A stretch of 64,000 nucleotides of DNA from Pseudomonadota bacterium (lineage in GTDB: Bacteria > Pseudomonadota > Gammaproteobacteria > JAKAQQ01): NCBI GenBank assembly GCA_027365475.1, contig DAHXNI010000019.1, positions 676 to 64,675 on the forward strand. Reading direction: 5' to 3'. Position numbers and translations under genes: made by a program. The notes beneath the pieces are model-generated. The model saw only the letters and a list, made by a program, of their open reading frames with translations, was not told the DNA's origin and did not search any database. Shown piece by piece: positions 22,157 to 32,688 of this stretch (positions are counted from its first letter, which is position 1; each line of letters begins with the position of its first letter).

Positions 22157-24180
22157 CCTCGATTCGACTGGGCAACGGCAATGTAGAGGGTGAGTTGCTC
22201 ACCGGGGTAGATCAGCTGATTGGGAGTGACGTGATTCCAGGCGCCAAGCTGGTTCATGCTGACATCAAACCGCTGGGAGATCTGGGACAGGGAATCTCCT
22301 GGCCGGACGATGTAGGTGATGCGCTGAACGGAGTTCAGAGGAGCGGACCGCCCGTGGTCCCAGAGGGTCAATCGTTGGCCGGGGTGCAGGAGGGTGCTCG
22401 GGCTGATGTGATTCCAGCGGGCCAGTGCGAGAAGCGGAACATTGTAGTTTTGGGCGATGGACCAGAGGGAATCTCCGGGCCGGACGGTATAGACCACATG
22501 TTGGCCGCGTAGCGCGGTTTTGAGACTCTCCGAAGCAGATCCAGCGGCGTGGGCGGCTGTGAGCGCCAGTTCCTCGCCGGGGTGAATGAAGGATTGGGGT
22601 GTGATGTGGTTCCAATGCGCCAGTTCAAGGATCGGGAGGCCGTATTCATGTGCGATGGACCAGAGCGAATCTCCCGGCTGAACCGTATAGACGTTATCGC
22701 GCGGAAGTGGCAGGGGCTGGCTGGAGGCCGAGTTGTGCCAGACGACCAAGGTTTGGCCCGGCTGGATGAAGCTTGTGGGTGCGAGATGATTCCAGTCGGC
22801 CAGATCGGTCACGGAAACGTGGTAGGCCTGTGCGATGGACCAGAGGGAATCGCCAGGCTGGATGCGATAGTCCAACCGGGTCGCGCCCACCGGTGCCGCG
22901 TTTTCCTCGGCGATCGCAGGTGCGCCAAAGGGGACGTATTCCGAGAGGTGTTCGTTCGAGGAAGGAACCAGGAGCCGTTCGCCCGTCCGGATCAGATCCG
23001 AAGGCAGTCCGTTTTTTTCACGCAGCTGCTGAACAGTGGTGCCATAGTGCTCGGCTAGTACTGAAAGCGAGTTGCCCGGTTCAACCCGGTAGGGCACCCA
23101 CGCCACGAGCTGACGGGTTCCGAGCTTGTGGAGCCCAGCAAGAAAACGCGCCAGACGGTCGCGTGGAACCAGAAGGCGATCCGGTCCACCGGGATCGGTT
23201 GCCCAGCGGTTGAATCCCGGATTCAGGAGATAAAGCTTTTGGAGGCTCATGCCGAGGAGGTGAGCCGCGAGAGAGAGATCGATCTGCCCCTTCAGCTTGA
23301 CGATGCTGAGATAGGGCGTATCCGGAATCCTGGGAAGCTTGATCCCGTAGTGACGGGCATGCTCGATGATATCCCGGACCGCGAGCAGTCTCGGGACGTA
23401 GGCTTCGGTGGCGGCCGGAAGGTCGAGGCTCCAAAAGTCGGTCGGTCGTCCGAGTCTTTGGTTTTCCCGGATGGCGTTTTCAACGGTGATCGCACCTGAG
23501 TTGTAAGCGGCCAGCGCGAGTAACCAGCTGCCGAATTGGGCATGCAGTTGGGACAGGAAATCCAGGGCCGAACGGGTCGATTCGATCAGGTCGCGGCGCC
23601 CATCGAACCACCAGTTGATCTTGATACCGAAATGCCTGGCCGTACTCGGAATAAACTGCCAGAGGCCGGCGGCATGCGCCCAGGAATAAGCATAAGGGTC
23701 GTAGGCGCTTTCGACGATCGGCAGGAGTGCGATCTCGGTTGGCAGGTGCCGTTTGCGAACGGCTTTCAGGATGAAGTAGAGGTAGGGTTTGGCGCGGGTT
23801 GCGGTGCGCTCCATGTAACCTGGATGGTGGATATACCAGTTGAGTTCAACCCGAACGCGCGGGTTCATGGTGCTCGTGAGGCGGAACCCGCTGCGAAGCA
23901 CCTGCCAGACGTTTTGAATCCCCGGCTTCGGTTTGAAAACCAGATCCTTCCAGTGCACGAGAGGGGTGTGGCTTGATTCGAAATCCGGAGGTGGCGGTTC
24001 ACCCGGAGGCAGGCCCTTGAGGCTGCTGAGGCGCACTGGGCCTGAGGTCGTGGCAGCACTGGGAGCGGCGGGGTGTTGGGAGCGGTCTCCGCCCATGGAG
24101 GGGGGGAGTAGCGTACATCCGCCCAGAACGAGTGCCATAAGAGCCAGGATGCCTGAAGCACGGGACGGAACCCGTTTCAT
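22153..24180 (-). CDS. mltD: Membrane-bound lytic murein transglycosylase D with five LysM domains
   Basis: Lipobox LGGC; SLT motifs IVESAY, AAGLWQF and AAYNSG; five Y.V.PG.SL LysM units. Confidence 0.9.
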   Translation of the reverse strand: MKRVPSRASGILALMALVLGGCTLLPPSMGGDRSQHPAAPSAATTSGPVRLSSLKGLPPGEPPPPDFESSHTPLVHWKDLVFKPKPGIQNVWQVLRSGFRLTSTMNPRVRVELNWYIHHPGYMERTATRAKPYLYFILKAVRKRHLPTEIALLPIVESAYDPYAYSWAHAAGLWQFIPSTARHFGIKINWWFDGRRDLIESTRSALDFLSQLHAQFGSWLLALAAYNSGAITVENAIRENQRLGRPTDFWSLDLPAATEAYVPRLLAVRDIIEHARHYGIKLPRIPDTPYLSIVKLKGQIDLSLAAHLLGMSLQKLYLLNPGFNRWATDPGGPDRLLVPRDRLARFLAGLHKLGTRQLVAWVPYRVEPGNSLSVLAEHYGTTVQQLREKNGLPSDLIRTGERLLVPSSNEHLSEYVPFGAPAIAEENAAPVGATRLDYRIQPGDSLWSIAQAYHVSVTDLADWNHLAPTSFIQPGQTLVVWHNSASSQPLPLPRDNVYTVQPGDSLWSIAHEYGLPILELAHWNHITPQSFIHPGEELALTAAHAAGSASESLKTALRGQHVVYTVRPGDSLWSIAQNYNVPLLALARWNHISPSTLLHPGQRLTLWDHGRSAPLNSVQRITYIVRPGDSLSQISQRFDVSMNQLGAWNHVTPNQLIYPGEQLTLYIAVAQSNRG

Positions 24181-24971
24181 CAGATGACATCCTCGCGCGC
24201 GATAAAGTGATCTTTCCATAGGCGGAGTTCTCGGAATATCTCGAACGGCTGCCGGAGGGTTTTCCCGGCATGGTGCTCGGCCGCAGTGCGGATGCTGCTG
24301 GTTGCCGTGCGTAGGAATGGGTTGACTGCGTGCTCCAAACCGACGGTGGTCGGAAGGGTTGCTCGGTTCTGCATTCGTTGCTTTCGGGCCTGACCCCTAT
24401 ATTGTGCTATCAAACGGTTGTCTGGTTCAAGCGTGGCGGCAAAGGCGAGATTGGCCAGCGTATATTCATGGGCCGGGTAAGTGCGGGTGGTGGGGTTGAG
24501 CGAGCCGAGTCTTTGGACGGAGTTGAAGAGATCCTCCATCCGCCCTTCGAACAGCCGGCCGCATCCGGCACTGAACAGGGTATCTCCGGGGAAAAGGAGC
24601 CCATCTCCCTGGTAGGCCACATGATCTGTGGTGTGACCCGGAACGGAAAGGACCGTGAGCGCCATGTCCGATGGCAGGGTGATCCGGTCGGCTTCGTGAA
24701 CCCGTTCGACCGCCACCCGGCCGAGTACATCGAATGGTCCGTACACGGGCACTTGGGTGTTCAGGTAACCTAGTAGCGGTTCGACCCCGTCGATATGATC
24801 GGGGTGGTGGTGGGTGAGGAGGATGGCCTCGAGATGACAGTGCTTTTGATCGAAATAGCGGATCACAGGATCGGCTGCGCCTGGGTCGACGATCACGACT
24901 CCCCCCGTCTCCGAGACGAGTGCCCAGATGTAGTTGTCTTGAAGTGCCGGGATGGCCGTGACTGTGATCAT
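24180..24971 (-). CDS. gloB: Hydroxyacylglutathione hydrolase (glyoxalase II)
   Basis: THHHPDHIDG, PGHT, GDTLFSAGCGR and HEYT motifs. Confidence 0.94.
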   Translation of the reverse strand: MITVTAIPALQDNYIWALVSETGGVVIVDPGAADPVIRYFDQKHCHLEAILLTHHHPDHIDGVEPLLGYLNTQVPVYGPFDVLGRVAVERVHEADRITLPSDMALTVLSVPGHTTDHVAYQGDGLLFPGDTLFSAGCGRLFEGRMEDLFNSVQRLGSLNPTTRTYPAHEYTLANLAFAATLEPDNRLIAQYRGQARKQRMQNRATLPTTVGLEHAVNPFLRTATSSIRTAAEHHAGKTLRQPFEIFRELRLWKDHFIAREDVI

Positions 24972-25007
24972 GGGTAAGGATGGTACCAGATCGCTCTGCG
25001 TCTGCAG

Positions 25008-25730
25008 GTGGCTTGGTGGGTGGAGGTTGGATCCGGATTCCGGATGGTTTCCGGCGGGAGGGTCTTCTTGAGTTTTGGGTCCTGTCTCCGGGAACGGGAA
25101 ATGGACGTCTTGGCGCGGCTCACACCCCTCCTGCATGGCCGAACGCTGCTGGTCGTGGGCGACCGAACCGCATGCGCGACGGGTTCCGGGTGGTCCAATC
25201 TGCCCGTTTCGTTGGATCTGCCCCGTGACGTCTATCCCTCTCAAGCATTCCCGGACGGGAAGCCTTGGCCCTACGGGGATGGCTCGATCGATGCCGTGCT
25301 CTGGTTTCACGTCCATGAAACGTGGGTGCCCCGGGAGACCCTTTTCGAGGAATCAGTTCGGGTGTTGAATCCGGGTGGGCAGATCGTGATTCTTGGATTC
25401 CATCCACTCTGGTCGCGACTCCTCCGTTCGCGGATCACCAAAGTGGGAGATGAACCCTTTTTTCGCCCTGTTCGGGTGGGTTGGCTCGAAAGGCAGCTCA
25501 CTCGGAGTGGCTTTGGGGTTCGTACGGTGCTTTATGGTGCGCGCTGGCCGGGCGCTTTCGATGCTTCGGGGGCAGTGGTGCAGGGCTTGCGCATGGAGTT
25601 TGGGGTCCCCCTGATTTACGCTCTGATCGCGGTGCGGCAATCGTTTGCCAGTATCCCCCAGCCGAGTTTGAAACCGGTGACCGACTCATCACGCGAACCG
25701 ATCATTTTGCCCAGCCGACGGGTGATGTGA
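25008..25730 (+). CDS. YafS-like SAM-dependent methyltransferase (start uncertain)
   Basis: WPYGDGSIDAV and RVLNPGGQIVILGFHP motifs; conserved gloB-yafS-rnhA position. Confidence 0.7.
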   Translation: MAWWVEVGSGFRMVSGGRVFLSFGSCLREREMDVLARLTPLLHGRTLLVVGDRTACATGSGWSNLPVSLDLPRDVYPSQAFPDGKPWPYGDGSIDAVLWFHVHETWVPRETLFEESVRVLNPGGQIVILGFHPLWSRLLRSRITKVGDEPFFRPVRVGWLERQLTRSGFGVRTVLYGARWPGAFDASGAVVQGLRMEFGVPLIYALIAVRQSFASIPQPSLKPVTDSSREPIILPSRRVM

Positions 25731-26185
25731 TGCACGATTCCGTCCCAGTCGAAATCTGGACCGATGGGGCCTGCAGCGGCAACCCGGGACCCGGAGGTTG
25801 GGCTGCCCTCTTGCGTTGGGGGACGCACGAGCTTGAACTCAGCGGCTCGGAACCCCTCACCACGAACAACCGGATGGAACTGCGGGCGGCCATCGAGGCG
25901 CTCAGCGCGCTGCGCGGGAACCACCCGGTCGCGCTCTATACCGATTCCCGCTATCTTCGGGACGGAGTGATGCACTGGATGCCGGATTGGAAACGGCGTG
26001 GCTGGCGGACGGCAGCCGGCAAGGCGGTCCGCAATCCGGATTTATGGCAGGAGCTCGACGAACGCATCCGGCATCATACGGTCGAGTGGCACTGGGTCCG
26101 GGGCCATGAAGGCATCAGCTACAATGAGCGCGTTGATCGTCTGGCACGGGCGGCGATCTCACAGGCTCGGGGCGACGCGAGGTAA
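25730..26185 (+). CDS. rnhA: Ribonuclease HI
   Basis: WTDGACSGNPGPGGW, TTNNRMEL, TDSRY and WVRGH..NERVD motifs. Confidence 0.96.
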   Translation: MHDSVPVEIWTDGACSGNPGPGGWAALLRWGTHELELSGSEPLTTNNRMELRAAIEALSALRGNHPVALYTDSRYLRDGVMHWMPDWKRRGWRTAAGKAVRNPDLWQELDERIRHHTVEWHWVRGHEGISYNERVDRLARAAISQARGDAR

Positions 26186-26191
26186 CCCAAC

Positions 26192-26914
26192 ATGCGGCAG
26201 GTTGTCCTGGATACCGAAACCACCGGTCTTGCACCGGAGGACGGGCATCGGATCATTGAAATCGGTGCGATCGAACTCAAGGATCGCCGCATGACGGGCC
26301 ATGATTTCTGGACTTATCTCAATCCTGAACGGGAGATTGATGCAGGGGCGACCGATGTGCATGGTCTGCGCTCGGACGATCTTGCGGGCAAACCCCGTTT
26401 TGCCGAAATCGCGGAGAGCCTGCTTGAGTTTCTGGCGGGTGATGAGCTCATTATCCACAATGCCCCATTCGACCTTGCTTTCCTGAACCGCGAACTCGAG
26501 CGATCCCAGGCACGGATCCGGCGCGTGGAAACGTATTGTTCGATTCTCGATACCTTACCGCTCGCCCGGCGCCTTCACCCGGGGCAGAACAACAGTCTCG
26601 AAGCGCTCTGTCTGCGCTATGCCGTCGATACCTCCGATCGGACACGGCATGGTGCGCTGATCGATGCGCGTCTTCTGGCCCAGGTCTATCGTGCGATGAC
26701 CATGGGGCAGGGAGCTTTGGGGCTGCAGGGTCCGAGTGCGTCGCATCCTGGACCCTCCCAACGCGCGACGCCGCGTGTCTCGAGCACACGCCGTCTTATT
26801 CCGGTGACCCTCCGCCCCGAGGATTGGGCGGCGCACCGTGAATTTCTCAGGCACATCGACCAGAAAAGCGGCGGACAGCTCGCGTGGCGCACGGATCTGG
26901 ATCCCGCCACCTGA
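26192..26914 (+). CDS. dnaQ: DNA polymerase III epsilon subunit
   Basis: LDTETTG, IHNAPFD and HGALIDA exonuclease motifs. Confidence 0.96.
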   Translation: MRQVVLDTETTGLAPEDGHRIIEIGAIELKDRRMTGHDFWTYLNPEREIDAGATDVHGLRSDDLAGKPRFAEIAESLLEFLAGDELIIHNAPFDLAFLNRELERSQARIRRVETYCSILDTLPLARRLHPGQNNSLEALCLRYAVDTSDRTRHGALIDARLLAQVYRAMTMGQGALGLQGPSASHPGPSQRATPRVSSTRRLIPVTLRPEDWAAHREFLRHIDQKSGGQLAWRTDLDPAT

Positions 26915-26960
26915 TGCGCACCATACTTACCGTTCCAGCATCCGGCGGGCGACCCCTCTG

Positions 26961-28235
26961 ATGACCCATTCGATCGGGCTCCTGCCTGCGGTTTGTGCGG
27001 TTCTCCTCGTGGGCGTTCTCGCGCTTGCCAGTTCGGAATGGCTGGGCATACCGGATCTCCTGATGAGCCTGGCCGGAGGAATTGCCATCGGTCCGATCGG
27101 GCTTGCGCTCGTGAATCCGGCCGCACATCTGCCCTGGATGCGCGATTTTTTCATTCTGGGTGTCTGCTTCGTCCTTTACGAGGGCGGGCGCGAGATCCGT
27201 CTGCCAGTTCTGCGTCAGGTGGGTTTGAGCGTGTTGGCACTCTCCACCCTGGGTGTTCTGGTGACGGCTGTGCTCCTTGCGGTTGTGGCGGAAAGGTTCT
27301 GGTCGCTCGGCTGGCCATTGAGCCTCATTCTCGGGGCCGCGATCGCATCCACCGACCCGGCTACTCTCATTCCGCTGGTGCGCAGACTCACGTTGCCTGA
27401 AAAGGTCGGACAGACCATCATTGCCGAATCCGCGTGCAACGATGTCATGTCGGCGTTGCTGGTCTTCGCTGGGCTCACTCTGATCGGATCCCGCGCACCC
27501 ACCTTGCTCGGGGGTGTCGAGCTTTTCGCGCTCGAGGTTGGAGTGGGACTTCTGGTGGGGTTGTTGAGCGGGGGGCTTTTTCGCCTGCTGGTCGCCCACG
27601 AGCGGTTCGGGTTTCTGGCGCAATACGCGGTACTGATGGGACTCATCAGTGCGCTGGCTGCCTTCCTCGCGGCCGACGAGTTTTCAGGGAGCGGATTTCT
27701 CGCGGTATTTGTGGCTGGAATCGTGGCGGGGTATGGCACGCCGGCAGAATCCACGCAGTTGTCACGGGAGGACCATGCATTCGAGATGCAGGAGTTTGGG
27801 AGTGTCACGACCACCCTCGTGCGGCTCACCCTCTTCACGCTGCTCGGGGCTTTTGTGAGTAGTTCGATCGCCATCCTCTGGAACCATCTGGGGACGATTT
27901 TGTTGTTCGGGTGCCTGCTCATGTTCGTGATCCGCCCCATCGTGGTCTGGCTGTCCACAGTCTGGGATGTTCGGGCGCACTGGCGTGCGCGCGAGCTGTG
28001 GTTCCTATGCTGGGTGCGCGAGACCGGGGTTGTTGCGGCCGCACTAGCCGGACTCTGGCTCGCGTCGGATCTGCCCCATGCACGGTTTCTGTCATCGGTC
28101 GTCTTTGGGGTCATCTGCCTCACGCTGGCATTACAGGTTCCCACAACCGGATATTGGGCTCTGAGGCTCGGGCTTCTCACCCCCGCCACCGGTAGCACCG
28201 ATTCCCCACGATCTCCTGATTCCAGTGGAGGCTGA
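26961..28235 (+). CDS. CPA1/NhaP-type cation:proton antiporter
   Basis: Polytopic membrane protein; IASTDPA, AESACND and WVRETGV motifs. Confidence 0.88.
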   Translation: MTHSIGLLPAVCAVLLVGVLALASSEWLGIPDLLMSLAGGIAIGPIGLALVNPAAHLPWMRDFFILGVCFVLYEGGREIRLPVLRQVGLSVLALSTLGVLVTAVLLAVVAERFWSLGWPLSLILGAAIASTDPATLIPLVRRLTLPEKVGQTIIAESACNDVMSALLVFAGLTLIGSRAPTLLGGVELFALEVGVGLLVGLLSGGLFRLLVAHERFGFLAQYAVLMGLISALAAFLAADEFSGSGFLAVFVAGIVAGYGTPAESTQLSREDHAFEMQEFGSVTTTLVRLTLFTLLGAFVSSSIAILWNHLGTILLFGCLLMFVIRPIVVWLSTVWDVRAHWRARELWFLCWVRETGVVAAALAGLWLASDLPHARFLSSVVFGVICLTLALQVPTTGYWALRLGLLTPATGSTDSPRSPDSSGG

Positions 28236-28241
28236 AAGCTG

Positions 28242-28841
28242 ATGCGCACGATGTCCTTTTTGGGTGGATCGGTCGGGGTCTTGGTTCTTGGCTGCGTGGT
28301 GGCACATGCCGCCACCCCCAATGAGCTCCCAAGCAACATGGGCCAGAGTTATCTCTCCCTCACGGATTACTCCGGTGGATACTCCCGCTATTTTGGGGAC
28401 CGTCTTACGGGTCCTGGCGTTCGGTTGAGCTTTGAGCTTGCGACCCATCTTTTCGTGACGGGGTCGTATGCCCACCTCACACTGGCCAATACGGGCATTG
28501 GAATCCATAGGGAAGGTCTCGGGGTGGGTTATGTGGCGAACCCGACCGGATGGGCTTCGGCTTATGTGGAAACAGAATTCATCCGCTCCACGCTGCACCC
28601 TCCGCAGGCCTCCCGTGTCGATGATTACTGGAAAATCATCTATGGCATTCGCCAGAGCATTAATCGCACTTTCGAGGTTGACTTCGGGCTTTATACCGAT
28701 CTCAACCAGCACTGGGGTGCGCGTGGTTTCGGGGCTGAACTCGGAGTCGATGCGAACTGGGGCCCCCTTCAGCTCGGTGCCGGTTACGATCACAACTCCG
28801 ATGTCAATGCACTTCTATTTCATCTGCGGTGGTTCTGGTGA
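28242..28841 (+). CDS. Outer-membrane beta-barrel protein, function unknown
   Basis: Signal peptide ending AHA, alternating amphipathic strands, aromatic C-terminus LRWFW. Confidence 0.7.
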   Translation: MRTMSFLGGSVGVLVLGCVVAHAATPNELPSNMGQSYLSLTDYSGGYSRYFGDRLTGPGVRLSFELATHLFVTGSYAHLTLANTGIGIHREGLGVGYVANPTGWASAYVETEFIRSTLHPPQASRVDDYWKIIYGIRQSINRTFEVDFGLYTDLNQHWGARGFGAELGVDANWGPLQLGAGYDHNSDVNALLFHLRWFW

Positions 28842-28908
28842 TGTGTGCGTCAGGCTCTGCACGGGGGGGATCCCGCCGACTCCTGATTGAACCGGGCGGG
28901 GCAGACTG

Positions 28909-30240
28909 ATGCGCATCACGATTTTCGGGACCGGTTATGTGGGTTTGGTGACGGGTGCCTGCTTTGCCGAAAATGGGCACGAGGTTCTTTGCATTGATGT
29001 CGACTCGGACAAGATTGCGCGGCTGCAAACCGGTGAGATACCCATCTATGAGCCCGGTTTGGACACGCTCGTCAAGGAGAATGTGAAACGGGGACAGCTC
29101 CGATTCAGCACCGACGGTGCAGCCGGGGTGAGGCATGGCACGCTGCTCTTCATTGCCGTGGGAACGCCACCCGGCGAGGACGGATCAGCGGATGTCCGGC
29201 ACGTCCTCGAGGTGGCTCGAACCATCGGATCCTGTCTCAACGAGTACAAGGTGGTCATTACCAAATCGACGGTTCCGGTCGGCACGACCTTCAGGGTCCG
29301 GGATACCCTCCGGGCGGAGCTTCTGAAACGTTCCGAGACGGCCGATTTTGATGTGGTCTCGAATCCCGAGTTTCTCAAGGAGGGCGCCGCTGTCCAGGAT
29401 TTCATGCGACCGGACCGGATCATTGTCGGAGTGGATGCGCCACGCGCACGCGAGCTCCTCAAGGAAGCCTATGCCTCGTTTATCCGCAATCATGACCGCA
29501 TGCTGTTCATGGACATCACATCGGCGGAGCTGACCAAATATGCCGCGAACGCTTTTCTCGCCACCAAGATCAGCTTCATGAACGAAATGGCGCAGCTCGC
29601 CGATACGGTTGGTGCCGATATCGAGCTCATTCGCCAGGGAATCGGATCCGATCCCCGGATTGGATACCATTTTCTCTATGCGGGTGTCGGTTATGGCGGA
29701 TCGTGTTTTCCAAAGGACGTACGGGCACTGATCCATCTCATGCGCTCAGCCGGAATGGAGCCCTGGATCGTCGAAGCGGTTGAAAGAAGGAATCGCAGGC
29801 AGAAAACCGTCCTGTTCGACAAGATCCGGCAACATTTCGGGGGGGTGTTGACTGGAGTCACACTCGGTATTTGGGGTCTGGCCTACAAACCCCACACCGA
29901 CGATCTCCGGGAAGCGCCGAGCCTCAATCTCATCCGGGATCTGATGGCTGCAGGCGCTTTAATCCGGGTACACGACCCGGCAGCCATGGCGGGCGCGCAT
30001 GCATTGCTCGGGGATCCGCCTGGGCTTTTCTGGTCACGGAGCCCACTTGAGGCCCTGGAAGGAGCCGATGCCCTGGTGCTCGTGACCGAATGGCCGATTT
30101 ACAAGAGCCCCGACTGGAGCCAGATCGCCACCACACTGCGCTCGCAGGTCGTTTTCGACGGGCGCAATCTCTACGATCCCAAGCGGCTCGCGCAGGCGGG
30201 CTTCCGTTATTACGGAATCGGGCGTAAAGTGCCTGCCTAA
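28909..30240 (+). CDS. ugd: UDP-glucose 6-dehydrogenase
   Basis: GTGYVG, KSTVPVGT, NPEFLKEG and GYGGSCFPKD motifs. Confidence 0.94.
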   Translation: MRITIFGTGYVGLVTGACFAENGHEVLCIDVDSDKIARLQTGEIPIYEPGLDTLVKENVKRGQLRFSTDGAAGVRHGTLLFIAVGTPPGEDGSADVRHVLEVARTIGSCLNEYKVVITKSTVPVGTTFRVRDTLRAELLKRSETADFDVVSNPEFLKEGAAVQDFMRPDRIIVGVDAPRARELLKEAYASFIRNHDRMLFMDITSAELTKYAANAFLATKISFMNEMAQLADTVGADIELIRQGIGSDPRIGYHFLYAGVGYGGSCFPKDVRALIHLMRSAGMEPWIVEAVERRNRRQKTVLFDKIRQHFGGVLTGVTLGIWGLAYKPHTDDLREAPSLNLIRDLMAAGALIRVHDPAAMAGAHALLGDPPGLFWSRSPLEALEGADALVLVTEWPIYKSPDWSQIATTLRSQVVFDGRNLYDPKRLAQAGFRYYGIGRKVPA

Positions 30241-30258
30241 ACCGGGTGTGCGGTCGCT

Positions 30259-30597
30259 TCAGCCATTTCCCAGCCGATCGACCTTCGCGGCGCAAATGAA
30301 GTCATTCTCGGACAGTCCCCCGATCGCATGGGTGGCGTAGCAGATCCGACACCGGTTATAGCCGACTTCAAGATCGGGGTGATGGTTTTCCTGATGGGCA
30401 ATCCAGGCCACCGCATTGACGAAGGCCATCGTGGCATAGAAGTTCTCGAAGGTATAGTTCCGCTCGATCTGGGTTGCGGCCGCGTTGAGTTTCCAGCTGT
30501 GATGCAGCTGTTTCAGATAGACCTGGGCTTCTTTCGGAGAGATCGGTTGGACGCCTCCCTCGCAGGGCAGGCAACGCTTTTCGCTAAGTTCGCTCAT
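30259..30597 (-). CDS. phhB: Pterin-4a-carbinolamine dehydratase
   Basis: ENHHPDL and THAIGGLSENDFICAAK motifs; follows phhA. Confidence 0.94.
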   Translation of the reverse strand: MSELSEKRCLPCEGGVQPISPKEAQVYLKQLHHSWKLNAAATQIERNYTFENFYATMAFVNAVAWIAHQENHHPDLEVGYNRCRICYATHAIGGLSENDFICAAKVDRLGNG

Positions 30598-30620
30598 GAT
30601 CCACCTCGTTACATGTGAAA

Positions 30621-31424
30621 CTAGATGTCGGCTGTCCCGCGCACCGAAGCCGTTTCCCGGTAATCTCCTTCGCGAATGGCGCGGCGGACGAGGCCGGTGA
30701 TATCGCTTTTTGCGACCGAGAACAGTTCATCGAAGCCGGTGAGAATGTAGTAGAGCGTTTGAAAGGCATCGATCCGATAAGGGGTTCGCAGCACATCAAG
30801 TGCATCAAACGGACGCCGGATGGGGGTTGTGCTTTCGATGGCGTAGACCGTCTCGCCGATGGATGAGATGACTCCCGCTCCATAGGTACGGATCCCTTGG
30901 GGGGTTTGGACGAGACCGAACTCGATCGTGTACCAGTAAAGGCGTGCCAGAACGTCCTGTTCCTGCTGATTCCGGCAGGCCAGACCAGCCTGGCCATAGG
31001 CCCGTGCGAAATCAGCAAAGCGTGCATCCGAAAGCAGTGGGACATGTCCGAATACCTCGTGGAACACGTCGGGTTCCTCGAGGTATTCGAGTTCTTCGCG
31101 CGAGCGGATGAAGGTGGCGCAGGGAAAACGTCCGGAAGCCAGAAGCTCGAAAAACCGCTCATTGGAGATGAGCGCTGGAACCGGTACAATTTCCACACCG
31201 GTCGATTGTCGGAGGCAGGCCGTGAGATCCGGGCATTGCGGGATGTGGTCGGACGGGAGTCCGACGCGGGCCAGGGCGTCGAGATACTCGGGGCAGGCTC
31301 GACCGGGCAGGATCTCAAGCTGGCGTTGGTAGAGAATCGCCCAGGTGGCGTGTTCTTCGGCATCATAAGCGACCTGTCCCCGAGCGTCCGGGGTTTTCGA
31401 AGCATAGGTCAGGCCTTTTCCCAT
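30621..31424 (-). CDS. phhA: Phenylalanine 4-hydroxylase
   Basis: EPDVFHEVFGH and LYWYTIEFGL iron ligands; alternative start at 31454. Confidence 0.94.
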   Translation of the reverse strand: MGKGLTYASKTPDARGQVAYDAEEHATWAILYQRQLEILPGRACPEYLDALARVGLPSDHIPQCPDLTACLRQSTGVEIVPVPALISNERFFELLASGRFPCATFIRSREELEYLEEPDVFHEVFGHVPLLSDARFADFARAYGQAGLACRNQQEQDVLARLYWYTIEFGLVQTPQGIRTYGAGVISSIGETVYAIESTTPIRRPFDALDVLRTPYRIDAFQTLYYILTGFDELFSVAKSDITGLVRRAIREGDYRETASVRGTADI

Positions 31425-31562
31425 CGGTTTTGCACCTCTCGCGCATTTTACCATTTCGCAAAGATCGGGATCCTCATCTGTGGGACGGATTCGGTTATGA
31501 TGTAAGCCATCCGATCACCTGTGAACCGGCTTGGGGCCTGGCCGTCAACCGAGCGTGAGACT

Positions 31563-32660
31563 GTGACACAAAAAACCCCGCTTTACGGGCTCCATCAGCT
31601 TCTCGGAGCCAAACTGATCGATTTTTCGGGCTATCTCATGCCCCTGCACTATGGTTCCCAGCTCGATGAGCACCACCGCGTGCGCACCCGGGTCGGGGTT
31701 TTTGATGTGTCGCACATGGGCATTGTCGATATCGAAGGACCCGATGCGGGGGATTTTCTGAGACGCCTTTTGGCCAACGATGTGGCCCGGCTCAAGAACC
31801 CGGGTCGCGCGCTCTACAGCTGTCTGCTCAATCCCGCTGGAGGGGTGCTGGATGACCTGATCGTGTATTCCCGTGCCCCGGGCCGCTACCGGCTCGTCCT
31901 CAACGCATCCCGCAAGGATTTGGATACTGGCTGGATGCGCTCCGAAATCCGCGCACTCAGGGTCACGCTTGAGCCGAGACCGGATCTCGGATTGCTGGCC
32001 CTACAGGGTCCGGGTGCGCAGGCCGCACTCGAGATGGTTTTTTCGACTGATTTTGCATCCCGACTGGGTGCGCTCAAGCCGTTCGCGTTTCTTGAAGGCG
32101 AGGAGGGGTTTGTCGCGCGGACCGGATATACGGGTGAAGACGGATTCGAGATTGCCTTGCCGGAAGACCGGCTTGTCGAGGCGTTTTCGACCTGGGTGGA
32201 TGGTGGTGTGGCTCCGATTGGTTTGGGGGCCCGGGATACCCTGCGGCTCGAAGCCGGGCTCAACCTCTATGGGCAGGACATGGATGAAACGACTTCACCG
32301 CTCGAATCGAACCTCGCCTGGACGGTTTGCTGGGATCCAGTCGATCGCAACTTCATCGGACGGGGTGCGCTGGAACAGCAAAGACGGGAGGGTTTATCAC
32401 GGTGTCTCACCGGCGTGATCCTGTCGGGGCCAGGTGTGCTCCGTTCCCACCAGGAACTGCGGGATGGCGAGCGCTCCATCGGGATGATCACGAGCGGGAC
32501 TTTTGCCCCCACACTCGGCACTGCAATCGGGTTGGCGCGTGTCGTGGCACCCCGACCGATGGAGGCCCAAGTCGTGATACGCGACCGGCCTCATCCGGTC
32601 CGCTGGCAGACCCCCCCGTTCGTGAAGCGGGGGCAGGTTCTCGTGCCCCGGACCGCCTGA
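31563..32660 (+). CDS. gcvT: Glycine cleavage T protein (aminomethyltransferase)
   Basis: [18 protein letters not shown] and [11 protein letters not shown] motifs. Confidence 0.96.
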   Translation: MTQKTPLYGLHQLLGAKLIDFSGYLMPLHYGSQLDEHHRVRTRVGVFDVSHMGIVDIEGPDAGDFLRRLLANDVARLKNPGRALYSCLLNPAGGVLDDLIVYSRAPGRYRLVLNASRKDLDTGWMRSEIRALRVTLEPRPDLGLLALQGPGAQAALEMVFSTDFASRLGALKPFAFLEGEEGFVARTGYTGEDGFEIALPEDRLVEAFSTWVDGGVAPIGLGARDTLRLEAGLNLYGQDMDETTSPLESNLAWTVCWDPVDRNFIGRGALEQQRREGLSRCLTGVILSGPGVLRSHQELRDGERSIGMITSGTFAPTLGTAIGLARVVAPRPMEAQVVIRDRPHPVRWQTPPFVKRGQVLVPRTA

Positions 32661-32688
32661 ATTCCTATCTGCCGGAGATCATTGGGTC

